Source: a virus (lineage: Duplodnaviria > Caudoviricetes). Taken from it: a DNA stretch of 43,463 bases. Made by a program: the position numbers and the translations under genes. The stretch covers positions 1 to 43,463 of IMG/VR virus record IMGVR_UViG_3300020045_002735. The stretch is one strand, 5' to 3'. Positions 9,220 through 18,841 of the stretch are shown piece after piece; position 1 is the first letter of the stretch, and every line of letters begins with the position of its first letter. The notes beneath the pieces are model-generated. The model saw only the letters and a program-made list of their open reading frames with translations, searched no databases and had not been told where the DNA came from.

Positions 9220-9815
9220 TGGCATACGAGAAAGTTACTATAGAAGAGTTCATGGAGGCTTGGTTTGAACAGAAAAATGAAAGACTTTCTGAATCTGATT
9301 TTAAAATAGTTTATGCTGAGTATTTGGATGCGTCTGGATTGTTTATGTCAGACGATTTTGAAAAAAGAAGTTTAATACATCATTTAAACTCAAGAATTAA
9401 CTATGTTAAAATGTTTATAAGGTTACAGAGAGATTTTATGAAAGAGTTTGATATGCCTTTTATAAGAGATTTTGAAAGTTTTAAAGACACATATGGTTAT
9501 GTCTTAAAATGGAAAGGAGATTTAAAAGAATTTGAATCTCAGCTTAAAAAAATCGAAACAAGACAAATCAAACATGATTCTTTCCTTGAGGAAAAAATAC
9601 AAGAGTTAAATGAACATAGGGCAAAAATGCAACAAACAAAAAAAGATGAGCCTGAAGTTGATTTGAAAAAAAGCAGAATGTCTTTTATTCGTATGTTAAA
9701 CTCTTTAGGGAAAATTGGTTTTAAAATAGATAAAAAGACAACTACTGTTGAAGAGTTGGCTTTGATGATAAAACAACAATTAGAAGAAAACGATTCTCAA
9801 AATATTAGAAAATAA
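9219..9815 (+). CDS. Putative tail assembly chaperone
   Basis: Helical and charged; immediately before the tape measure; TAATG coupling on both sides. Confidence 0.5.
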   Translation: MAYEKVTIEEFMEAWFEQKNERLSESDFKIVYAEYLDASGLFMSDDFEKRSLIHHLNSRINYVKMFIRLQRDFMKEFDMPFIRDFESFKDTYGYVLKWKGDLKEFESQLKKIETRQIKHDSFLEEKIQELNEHRAKMQQTKKDEPEVDLKKSRMSFIRMLNSLGKIGFKIDKKTTTVEELALMIKQQLEENDSQNIRK

Positions 9816-12800
9816 TGTCTGACGGTCAAGATATAATATCATTGGGTCTTAACATGGACTCTTTTGATAATAATAAGATGGAAATATTGAGAAAATATAT
9901 CCAGCTTTTTACTGACCTTTCTAAGTTTGATGGCAAGATATTCAATCCTGTAATGGGAGATGGATTAACTACATTCAATACTTCTATTGCTCAAACAAAT
10001 AAGTTAATAGATGAAATGAATGGGAAACTTGCTGCTTTAAATGCTGCACAGTCAGCATCATCTAGTTCTTCTAAGAACGCTGCAACTTCTAATACTGAGT
10101 TAGGTCTTGCAATGAGAGAATATGCTAAAAATGTAGACCAAGCTGCAACAAATCAGGCAAAGTTAACAGTATTAACATCTGAGCAGGCTAAAGCAAACAT
10201 GGTTTTGAAACTTCAGTTATCTGAAACTACAAAAGCTATGTTTGAAGAGATTAAAGGAACTCAACAAGCTACTGCTGCAAAGGAAAAAGCTAAAATTATT
10301 GAACAAGAGTATCGTTTAGAAAAAGAAAGAGTTGTAGCAACTTTAAGGGCATTAGCTGTTGAACAAGATAAACAAGACAAAGCCAATATTATTGCATCTG
10401 AAAATGCTAAGAAAGTTGCTGCTGAGGCTTACAGGATTGAGCAAGAAAGAGTTGTAGCAACACTTCGCAAATTAGCTATTGAACAAGACCAAAAAGCTGC
10501 TGCTGACAGAAAAGAATCTTTAAATCAGAAAAATCTTTTATCTGACTACGAAAAGCTAAGAATTGCTTTAAAAAACCAAGCTAATGAGTATGAAAGATTG
10601 TTTTTAGCTAAAGGTAAAGACCATGCAATGACTAAAGCAGCATTGGCAGATTACGCTTCTACTGCAGGTGTTATTAATAAGATTGACGGAAACTTAAATA
10701 AAGCTGGTGCTGGTGCAAGCGGTATGAGTAAGGGATTGGGAACGGCATTTGGGCACTTAAGAAATATAGCATATATACTTCCAGGATTAGGAATAGCAGG
10801 TATTTTTAATCTTGCTTTTGAAGCAATAGAAAACGTTATTGATGCAGTAGGTCTGTTTGATAAAAAACAGAATGATTTGATTATAACTAATACTGCATTG
10901 AATAATAGTATAGCAGAGCAAATTAAGCTATACTCTGAAATGGAGTCTTTAAGAAGAAGTTTTCATGAGAATTATGCAGGCATTTCATACACTGGTTTTA
11001 ATCCATTAGGAACGCTAACAGATAAACAATTAGCTTTAGATGCTAATACAGCAAGAGGCTTAAGTCAAGATAAATTACTTAAACAAAGTGTTGAAACTGC
11101 TCAAAAAAGACTTGATAATGTTACAAATAGAGTTAACGATACTGGAACATTTTCAAATCCAGACGGTTCTTTAGCAAGAGTTCCAACAGCATCATCTATT
11201 AACAATATTAAAGAGCAAATCAATAGAGTTTTATTTGACTTAGGTTCTGCACAGGCCCAATCAAATAGAATTGCTACTGATATTGGACGTAAAGGAAGGA
11301 ATGAGTATGGTGATAAGCATTTTTCAGTTGATGAACTTAAACTTCAAAAAGAAGAGCAAGACTCATTAATTGCATTTAATAAGAATAAGTATGATGTTCT
11401 TAACGCATTGCTTAAAGAATATTTTGATGCTACAAATAGTTTACAGAAAGCTAAAAATACTTTAACTAAGTTCAACGAAGACGAAGAAAGAAAATTTCAA
11501 TTTGAAACTGCTAAAAATGCTGTTGCAGTAAATATTGATAAGAATAAGAAAATTCTTGATAGCGATAAAAAATTCTATGAAGATAAGGAAAGTGCAATTC
11601 TTAAAAACTTTGAAGAGGAAAAGAAACTTAATCAAGCTGCTTATGCAAATGTAGTAAACAACATATCATCTACTCCAAGAGATAAAGGAATAGCATCAAG
11701 CAATCTTACAACTCAAAACAATATTGCTGAAAGAAGAAGAGATGTTTCTTTAGATAAAAATAAAATTGAATTTTATCAAAGAAGGCTTTTGGCTATAACA
11801 GAGATTCAGAAAGATGAGATTGAAATGTCTGCTATATCTGATGAAAGAATTTTCCTAAACGAAAAACACACTTTACAGGAAAGGCTTGATGCTTACGAGA
11901 ATTATATTGTTTCAAGGCAAAGAATTAAAGATTTAGAACATAACCTTGCAATTCAAAGAGGAGCAGCAGATGAAGGAGGGGCAACTTCATTAACTGAAGA
12001 TGAAAAAAGAAGAATTGATGTTCATAGAAATACTCAAAAGTTTAACATACAAGCTGATGCAGAAAAACAAACTTATAATATTGTAAAATCTTCATTAGAT
12101 GCACAGCTTAAACTTGTTGAGGATGCAAACAACAAAGAAGCTGATATTGATAAAGAGGCGTATATAAAAGAACTTAATGCTAATAATGCAAGGTTCAAAG
12201 GTAAGATATTTCAATATGAGGCTTATAAAAGAAACTATGACTTTATAAACAAAAAGTACAAAGTTATTCTTTCCGTTGAGGACGAAATAAAAGATTCAGA
12301 AGAAGATGTTTCTAGGCTAAGAAGTCTATATGAAGATTTGAACGAAATGAAAGAAAAGTCAGACGACCAACTTTCCAAGAAGAAAGGTGATTTAGAAAAT
12401 GAAAGAGCAAGAGGTGGAGATGTTTTAAACTCTGAAAGATTTTTTGATGAGGAGTTAGGTAGAAATAATGCACTTAACGATGCAATATTAAAATCAAAGA
12501 AAGATTTAAACGATGAAATAGCAAAAGGTGATGATGCAAGAATAAGACAAGCAAAGGCTAAATACGAAGAAGAGATTCAATTCGAAAAAGAGTATTCAGC
12601 CAACATGAAGAAGATTAAAGAAGATCTTTGGGATTTTGCAGGTTTAATGATTAACAGAAATGTTGAAAATGAACTTCAATCTATTCAGGATATTCAAGAA
12701 TCTAGAAATGAACAGTTTGAATTACAAAAAGATGCTGTTGAAAAATCATCTCTTAATGCTAAAGATAAAACTGCTCTTGATATTCAATTAAATCAACAAA

Positions 12801-13348
12801 AAATTGAGTCAGATAAACAAGCCGAGGCAGAAGAAAGAAAAATTAAAAGAGAGGCTGCTGAAAGAGATAAACAACTTTCTCTTGCCCGTGTAGTTATAAA
12901 TGGAATAGAGTCTGTTTCTGCTGCATTGAAATTACCTCCTCCTGCTGGTGAAATATTAGCAGCGCAAAGAGGAATTCTTGCAACAATAGCGGCAGCACAA
13001 ATACTTGCAGTTCCAATTCCATCATATGCAGAAGGAACTGATTTTCACCCAGGCGGTAAAGCAAGGTTTGGTGAGGATGGCCCTGAAATAGTTAAAGAGC
13101 CTGGAAAGCCAGCTTATGTTCAGTTGACAGAAACTATATCTTATCTACCAAAAGGAACACAGGTAATACCAATAAAAGATAATTCACCTGAGTTTATGGA
13201 AAATAAATCAGATGATAGTTGGGAGCAAACAAGATTTTTAGCTAAGCAGATTAAGAAAAGCAACAAGGAAATAACAAACGTATTCAAACCAACTATAGTA
13301 GTTGATATGAATTTTGAGTCAAGGAAAAGGCAAATTTTAGGTAACTAA
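9815..13348 (+). CDS. Tape measure protein (1177 aa)
   Basis: Long coiled coil, hydrophobic ILPGLGIAGIF segment, C-terminal YAEGT..HPGG.A.FGEDGPE motif. Confidence 0.88.
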   Translation: MSDGQDIISLGLNMDSFDNNKMEILRKYIQLFTDLSKFDGKIFNPVMGDGLTTFNTSIAQTNKLIDEMNGKLAALNAAQSASSSSSKNAATSNTELGLAMREYAKNVDQAATNQAKLTVLTSEQAKANMVLKLQLSETTKAMFEEIKGTQQATAAKEKAKIIEQEYRLEKERVVATLRALAVEQDKQDKANIIASENAKKVAAEAYRIEQERVVATLRKLAIEQDQKAAADRKESLNQKNLLSDYEKLRIALKNQANEYERLFLAKGKDHAMTKAALADYASTAGVINKIDGNLNKAGAGASGMSKGLGTAFGHLRNIAYILPGLGIAGIFNLAFEAIENVIDAVGLFDKKQNDLIITNTALNNSIAEQIKLYSEMESLRRSFHENYAGISYTGFNPLGTLTDKQLALDANTARGLSQDKLLKQSVETAQKRLDNVTNRVNDTGTFSNPDGSLARVPTASSINNIKEQINRVLFDLGSAQAQSNRIATDIGRKGRNEYGDKHFSVDELKLQKEEQDSLIAFNKNKYDVLNALLKEYFDATNSLQKAKNTLTKFNEDEERKFQFETAKNAVAVNIDKNKKILDSDKKFYEDKESAILKNFEEEKKLNQAAYANVVNNISSTPRDKGIASSNLTTQNNIAERRRDVSLDKNKIEFYQRRLLAITEIQKDEIEMSAISDERIFLNEKHTLQERLDAYENYIVSRQRIKDLEHNLAIQRGAADEGGATSLTEDEKRRIDVHRNTQKFNIQADAEKQTYNIVKSSLDAQLKLVEDANNKEADIDKEAYIKELNANNARFKGKIFQYEAYKRNYDFINKKYKVILSVEDEIKDSEEDVSRLRSLYEDLNEMKEKSDDQLSKKKGDLENERARGGDVLNSERFFDEELGRNNALNDAILKSKKDLNDEIAKGDDARIRQAKAKYEEEIQFEKEYSANMKKIKEDLWDFAGLMINRNVENELQSIQDIQESRNEQFELQKDAVEKSSLNAKDKTALDIQLNQQKIESDKQAEAEERKIKREAAERDKQLSLARVVINGIESVSAALKLPPPAGEILAAQRGILATIAAAQILAVPIPSYAEGTDFHPGGKARFGEDGPEIVKEPGKPAYVQLTETISYLPKGTQVIPIKDNSPEFMENKSDDSWEQTRFLAKQIKKSNKEITNVFKPTIVVDMNFESRKRQILGN
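10323..10488 (+). repeat. 40-aa (120-nt) internal repeat in the tape measure gene
   Basis: AAGAAAGAGTTGTAGCAAC...ATTAGCT.TTGAACAAGA at 10323 and 10443 (ERVVATLR.LA.EQD twice). Confidence 0.85.
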
Positions 13349-16300
13349 TGGACAGGAACATAAAACCAATTTACTGTTTTATATACGATGAGTCGAAAGA
13401 GTTCTATCGTGCTAAACAACTTCCAAATGGAAGTTGGGTTATCACGCATAATTCTGAGATGTATCCATTGAAGTATAATCCTAAAAATCTAAAAGATAGC
13501 CCTGTTGAGTTTGCTACAAATAAGCAATACTTCTCAATGAACAGAAGTATTAACTATCCTTTAGATTTCACTTTCGATGGTGCAGCTATATTGCATCAAA
13601 GATACACTTTGGGAAAAGGTGTTAATGAGATGCTTTACTTTGCAATGTTTGAGTTTGACCCTAATGGTGGAAAATATAAACTAACTTATAATGGAAGGTT
13701 TGATTTTCAGGGAAAAGATAGAGATGATAAATTATCTACATTTACGGTTTCAGTAGTGGATGATTCTTCTTGGGGAATTCTTTCTCAAAACGATGATGTA
13801 CAGTACGCAATAGATTGTTCCGAAAATAATCCAGATACAGTAAAAGTTCTTTTTGATGATTTTACATTATACAACAGGTTCACATATCAAACTGTTCAGG
13901 CTCCAATAACAAGAATTGGATTACCAAACAGTTTTGTTATTCCTTTTGTAATGGTAAATCAAGATGGCGATAGTTCTGGGCTTGTTACTAAAAGCCAAAC
14001 TGGAGATAGCACAGCAAATCAAACTGTTTCTGGTGCACTTGCATCAAATGATTATGTTAAAGATTCTTTGAATTATTTTTTATATTCTTTTTATCAGGTT
14101 AATGATGTTAATATACAAGGAAGTATAAGATTTACATGGAGTATAAATAACTTGGGAGCAAGTCCAATGTATATATTCTTCAGAACATCAACTGGACAAT
14201 CTCAAATAGTTTTTCAGCAGCTTTCTGGTAGTTTAACAGTTGGTCAGATTTACGATATACCTTTCAACTTTGATATTGACCTTGCTCCTGGAGAGAAGAT
14301 ATTCTTCATGACTCAGTTAAATGGTGCTGCAATAAACCTGTTTACAATAACTCCTATAGTAACTAATATATTTGTATCTGTAAATACAAAAGCGGAGTCG
14401 ACTATATGTTACGGACTTAGACCCTTAACCCTATTAAAAGCTATTGTTAGAAAGGCTACTTTTGAAAGATATAGCATTGATTCAGATTTCTTTGCGGCAA
14501 ACAATAACACTATATTGATGCCTGGAGATTCAATTCGTGGTGTTAAAGATTCTAAGATTTACACATCTTTCAAGGACTTCTTTGAAAGTTTTAGTGCTCT
14601 TTTCTTCATGGCTTTAAGAACAGTAAATGGAAATCTGTTCATGGAACTTGCTGATGATGTTTATGGAAATCAAAATACCAACATAATTGATTTAGGTGAG
14701 ATTTCAGAGTGTAAAACATCTCCTGCATCAGAGTACATGGCTAACGAAATTGAAGTTGGCTCTCCAAAACAGGATTACAGGCACGCAAGCGGAAGGTTGG
14801 AGTTTAATGGTCTAATGACATTATCTACTCCATATAACAATATCAAAAGAAAGATGTCTTTTGTTACTAAATATAGAACAGATTGTTATGGTATAATATT
14901 TCTTATTCTGGATTATCGTGGTTTATCCACAAAAGATAATAGCGGTGACAAATCTGTTTTCATAGTTGATATTACAGATGAACTTGGTTCGGCATTAGAG
15001 AACATTGAAACATTCGAGAATATAACTGTTAACAATGCTCCTTTAGCACCGATAATAAAATATCCTTTAACAGGAAGTATTATTAACAACGATTTGCCGT
15101 TATTAAAAGGAGTAGGAATAGTAGGAACAAACGTAAATATTTATATTGGAGCAGTTTTAGATGGTGGTACAACTGTTGGAGTTGATGGAACATGGTCTTA
15201 TCAGATAGTAACACCATTACCATCTTATGACCCAGGAGTATTTGATGGAATATCAGTAATTAATGCTACTAATACAAATATGAGTGGAGCATTAGATACT
15301 ATTCAGTTGTTGATTGATACAACAGTATCTTCTAATACCGGAATAACATATCCAAGACCTGGAGATAGCCTATATAATAATTTGCCTTTAATAAAAGGAG
15401 TTGCACCAGCAGGAACTAATATTGATATTTACATAGACGCAGTTTTAGTTGCATCTGTTGTTGCTGACAACTCTTGTAAGTTTGAATATAAATTAACAGT
15501 TCCTTTAATTAACGGAAATCATTTTATAAATCTGGATGGTAGTTCAACTGGTATAGTTTTTAATATGGATGCTTTCACAGACTATCCAATTATAACTTAT
15601 ATAGGTTCTGAGTTGGATGGATTTCCTTTAGTTAATAATTTACCTTTAATTAGAGGAGTTGGAATACCGGGAACAATAGTTACTATATGGTTAAACTATA
15701 TTAGCTATGCTCCTTTAGGAACTGCTGTTATTGACGCAAATGGTAATTGGAGTTTTCAAGTTGTTGCTGTCAATTATGCAGACCCAAGTAGTGGAGCATC
15801 AATAGTTCTTGCTCCAATTAGGAATGGTGTTAGTACAGTATCAACTTTACTTATTAATAATTCAGTTCAAGTTAATGTAAGTGGATATAAACTTAACAGA
15901 CCGGCATATAGTTCAATAACTGGAGTTATTGATAATACTGTTTTCAATACAAGATTCTCAAGAAAGAGAATGTTGATGAACCACAAGTCTCTTCTTTCAA
16001 GTTTAATGGATAAGCAGAGAAACGAATTTATTGAGTATCAAACACATGATAAAAACCCTAATTTAAGAACTGTATTTGGTACAGAAGTAGTTACAGAACG
16101 GGCTGACATATCACCATCTTCTTTGGGGACTCCGTTGGCTGTTTTAGAAAACGCAAGGATAAAGGTTATTGCAAGAAAATCATTTGCAGAAATCTTATCT
16201 GATTTTAATAACGGTGGAGTTGTTACTGGTAAATTCAAAGGTAAGGATATGTATTTTCTTCCTATTGGAAGTATGAAGATGAAAAGTGTTATGGATAGCG

Positions 16301-17316
16301 TTCAAGAGTTTAATCTATTGATAAGCCCAAGAACAACTTATACACAGTTATTAAATCTTTATAAAAACGGATTAACTATCAATCTCATGCAAAACGCAAT
16401 ATTTCACAGTGATTATAATTCTCTTCATGCAGTTGAGTATAACTATCAACAGCCTGAAAAATATAACTTTAAAACAATGTATCAAGACTGGTTTGACAAC
16501 AGGAATGATGCGTGGTTATTTGGAACTACTAATTATATACAGAAGTATCAAAAAACTGAAATTATAAGAGACCAGATAATTACCAATGGTATATCTTCTA
16601 TGACATTAAGAATGTATAGTTGTAAGGATGCTGAATTGATTGATACTTTTAACTACAATCCAGTTAACCCTGCTCCTATACCAGCGCCTGAAATTGTTTT
16701 AGAGGCAATAGTAGATTTGAATGATTATCCAGTTGGCCAGTATTTCTTTGTTGCTTATGTTAATGAGTTGGCTGTTTACATATTTGAAAGAATTGAAACA
16801 AGAGTTAAATGGCCGAGAACTATATTGATAGAGTCAACAAACTCTGTTAATATGCCTGGAGTTTTTTATTCTACTGGATTTAAAACAATATTGAGAATTG
16901 AAGGTTTAGTAAGAAAATTGCAGCCTGATGTTGATACGGTTGTAGCAAAAGAAGAAAGTGGAAATAAGAAATTGCTTTGGTCTTCATTAGCAAAGAAAAG
17001 AGTAATAAGATATGGAGATGCAAGAGGGATACCAGATTATCTTTCTACAAAAGTTGCAGCGGCAATAATAAACGATACTTGTTTAATTGAGAGAGAGGCA
17101 TATACTATTGAAGAAGGTGAAGGTATTAATCCATCAGAAGATATTCCTGGAGTTCCAATGTTTTATTATGAGGTAATGATGGGTCTTACTGAAAATTCAA
17201 GAGGTAGAGTGTTCGCTGGCGAAGAAGGTGCAGACGTATCTGGTGTTATAATTATTTTAGATGCATCTGCTATTGGCCTTCCAGCACACAGTTTGATAAT
17301 GATAGAAGAGAATTGA
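13348..17316 (+). CDS. Tail tip/hub protein with three inserted bacterial Ig-like domains
   Basis: Follows the tape measure; three repeats of I.YP...NNLPLIKG.G..GT.V.I.I....G....D..G.WS at about 15040-15870. Confidence 0.8.
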   Translation: MDRNIKPIYCFIYDESKEFYRAKQLPNGSWVITHNSEMYPLKYNPKNLKDSPVEFATNKQYFSMNRSINYPLDFTFDGAAILHQRYTLGKGVNEMLYFAMFEFDPNGGKYKLTYNGRFDFQGKDRDDKLSTFTVSVVDDSSWGILSQNDDVQYAIDCSENNPDTVKVLFDDFTLYNRFTYQTVQAPITRIGLPNSFVIPFVMVNQDGDSSGLVTKSQTGDSTANQTVSGALASNDYVKDSLNYFLYSFYQVNDVNIQGSIRFTWSINNLGASPMYIFFRTSTGQSQIVFQQLSGSLTVGQIYDIPFNFDIDLAPGEKIFFMTQLNGAAINLFTITPIVTNIFVSVNTKAESTICYGLRPLTLLKAIVRKATFERYSIDSDFFAANNNTILMPGDSIRGVKDSKIYTSFKDFFESFSALFFMALRTVNGNLFMELADDVYGNQNTNIIDLGEISECKTSPASEYMANEIEVGSPKQDYRHASGRLEFNGLMTLSTPYNNIKRKMSFVTKYRTDCYGIIFLILDYRGLSTKDNSGDKSVFIVDITDELGSALENIETFENITVNNAPLAPIIKYPLTGSIINNDLPLLKGVGIVGTNVNIYIGAVLDGGTTVGVDGTWSYQIVTPLPSYDPGVFDGISVINATNTNMSGALDTIQLLIDTTVSSNTGITYPRPGDSLYNNLPLIKGVAPAGTNIDIYIDAVLVASVVADNSCKFEYKLTVPLINGNHFINLDGSSTGIVFNMDAFTDYPIITYIGSELDGFPLVNNLPLIRGVGIPGTIVTIWLNYISYAPLGTAVIDANGNWSFQVVAVNYADPSSGASIVLAPIRNGVSTVSTLLINNSVQVNVSGYKLNRPAYSSITGVIDNTVFNTRFSRKRMLMNHKSLLSSLMDKQRNEFIEYQTHDKNPNLRTVFGTEVVTERADISPSSLGTPLAVLENARIKVIARKSFAEILSDFNNGGVVTGKFKGKDMYFLPIGSMKMKSVMDSVQEFNLLISPRTTYTQLLNLYKNGLTINLMQNAIFHSDYNSLHAVEYNYQQPEKYNFKTMYQDWFDNRNDAWLFGTTNYIQKYQKTEIIRDQIITNGISSMTLRMYSCKDAELIDTFNYNPVNPAPIPAPEIVLEAIVDLNDYPVGQYFFVAYVNELAVYIFERIETRVKWPRTILIESTNSVNMPGVFYSTGFKTILRIEGLVRKLQPDVDTVVAKEESGNKKLLWSSLAKKRVIRYGDARGIPDYLSTKVAAAIINDTCLIEREAYTIEEGEGINPSEDIPGVPMFYYEVMMGLTENSRGRVFAGEEGADVSGVIIILDASAIGLPAHSLIMIEEN

Positions 17317-17455
17317 TTTTGACGCATTTTAAAGCGATTTAAGCGCATTATATATGTATGAAACGGACATAAAAAAATCATATTAAATTCATCTCTTGGG
17401 CTTAAGAGGTGGCTTAGAGGCAAAATTTGTAACATTATAAACAACATAAAATAAC

Positions 17456-18841
17456 ATGGCAACTGTTGTACTAGACGCATACTCGAAGGCTTATCCCTCG
17501 ATAACAAACAGGATAAGAGCATCTATAACTCTTTCCAATGATGTTGCTATTATAGCCAGTATAATAGATACAACTGTTGGACACCCTGCAAGAGTATGGC
17601 ATTTTCCTGGTCTTTTAAGAGCAAACTATTCTTTTTCACTTGATGAAATAGATGGTGGAGGAACTCCAATAAACAATTTGGCATTGTTTGATGTTGTTCC
17701 TGGTCAGATTGACGGAACGTTAATAAGAAATGATGAACAAATACAAGTTGGAACAACTACAGGTTTTGATGCTGGATTAACAACAGTTACGTTTGATGGA
17801 ACTGGAGGAAAACCTGATTATATCGGATGGGAAATAGTTCCAAGTGAATTAACGGGCAGAGGCATTTTGGTTGAGGGTCTAGATTACTCATGGGTTAGCG
17901 CAACTGGAGTTTTTACATTGTTACAATCTGGAGACCAACTTCAAGATGAAAACTGGTATAACATACATTTTAATCCACAAGAGAATACTACTGGTGGTAG
18001 CGTTCCTTTGAATTCTGATTTTACAGCAAGAATAATAGATGTTGACGATGATATTGAAGTAGAGGATTTTGGCAATACAATTATAGTTGAGCCATCTGGA
18101 GTTTATACAGAATTGCAGTTACCTGATATTACAACTGTTGTTGTTGGAAGAAAGTTAAATATTGAAGTTGAAAAAGCATTAGGTTCTGGAGTTCAATGTG
18201 TAAGAATATTGCCTGATGGAGCAGATGTTATAAACTTTATGAGAGGCAATTTGTTTATGATGAATAATGAGTCTTTAGAAATATATAGATTCTTAAGACC
18301 TGATTTGAGCAATGAGTGGAGAGTAAGAAATGCGCAGGGAAACTTTCATCGTATTGGCGAAAGTGTAGGAGATGATGCTATTCAAACTGGAGTTTATTGT
18401 AAACAGCTTTGGGATGGTTCTATAAGAAATCGCTATCAATATGCAAGAGTTTATGAGGAAATTGTTCTTCGTTTACCGGCAACACAAGTAGTTGACTATG
18501 ACGATTGGGCAACTGGAAATAATAAGTATCTGTTTTCAAAAGCAAATTCAACAGACCCAGGAAATGCAGATAAATTTTATTTTCCTGATAGAAGAAACTT
18601 GTTTGAAAGAAATAATAGTGCCGGAAAAGCAGGTGATTATGCAGATGATGTTATAAAGGTTACTGATTTAAAAGTTGACATTCCTCAAGGTAACAGCTAT
18701 ACAGGTGCTGGTGGGCCTGGAGTATTTGGTCGTGGTGCTGCGTCTCCAAATACAGTAACATTATCGGTTTACGGAACTTTAGGAACCGGAACTGAAACAG
18801 CACCAAAAAATTACTTAACTAATAAATACTGTGTAATATGA
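17456..18841 (+). CDS. Tail fibre/collar-domain protein (no signal peptide)
   Basis: C-terminal FYFPDRRNLFER...AGDYADD...ETAPKN resembles tail-collar/short-fibre ends. Confidence 0.7.
   Translation: MATVVLDAYSKAYPSITNRIRASITLSNDVAIIASIIDTTVGHPARVWHFPGLLRANYSFSLDEIDGGGTPINNLALFDVVPGQIDGTLIRNDEQIQVGTTTGFDAGLTTVTFDGTGGKPDYIGWEIVPSELTGRGILVEGLDYSWVSATGVFTLLQSGDQLQDENWYNIHFNPQENTTGGSVPLNSDFTARIIDVDDDIEVEDFGNTIIVEPSGVYTELQLPDITTVVVGRKLNIEVEKALGSGVQCVRILPDGADVINFMRGNLFMMNNESLEIYRFLRPDLSNEWRVRNAQGNFHRIGESVGDDAIQTGVYCKQLWDGSIRNRYQYARVYEEIVLRLPATQVVDYDDWATGNNKYLFSKANSTDPGNADKFYFPDRRNLFERNNSAGKAGDYADDVIKVTDLKVDIPQGNSYTGAGGPGVFGRGAASPNTVTLSVYGTLGTGTETAPKNYLTNKYCVI

Noticed and set aside
8761-9815. Programmed -1 frameshift of tail chaperones (lambda G/GT type)
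   Set aside because: The ORFs are joined by TAATG stop-start coupling and I found no convincing slippery site at the junction
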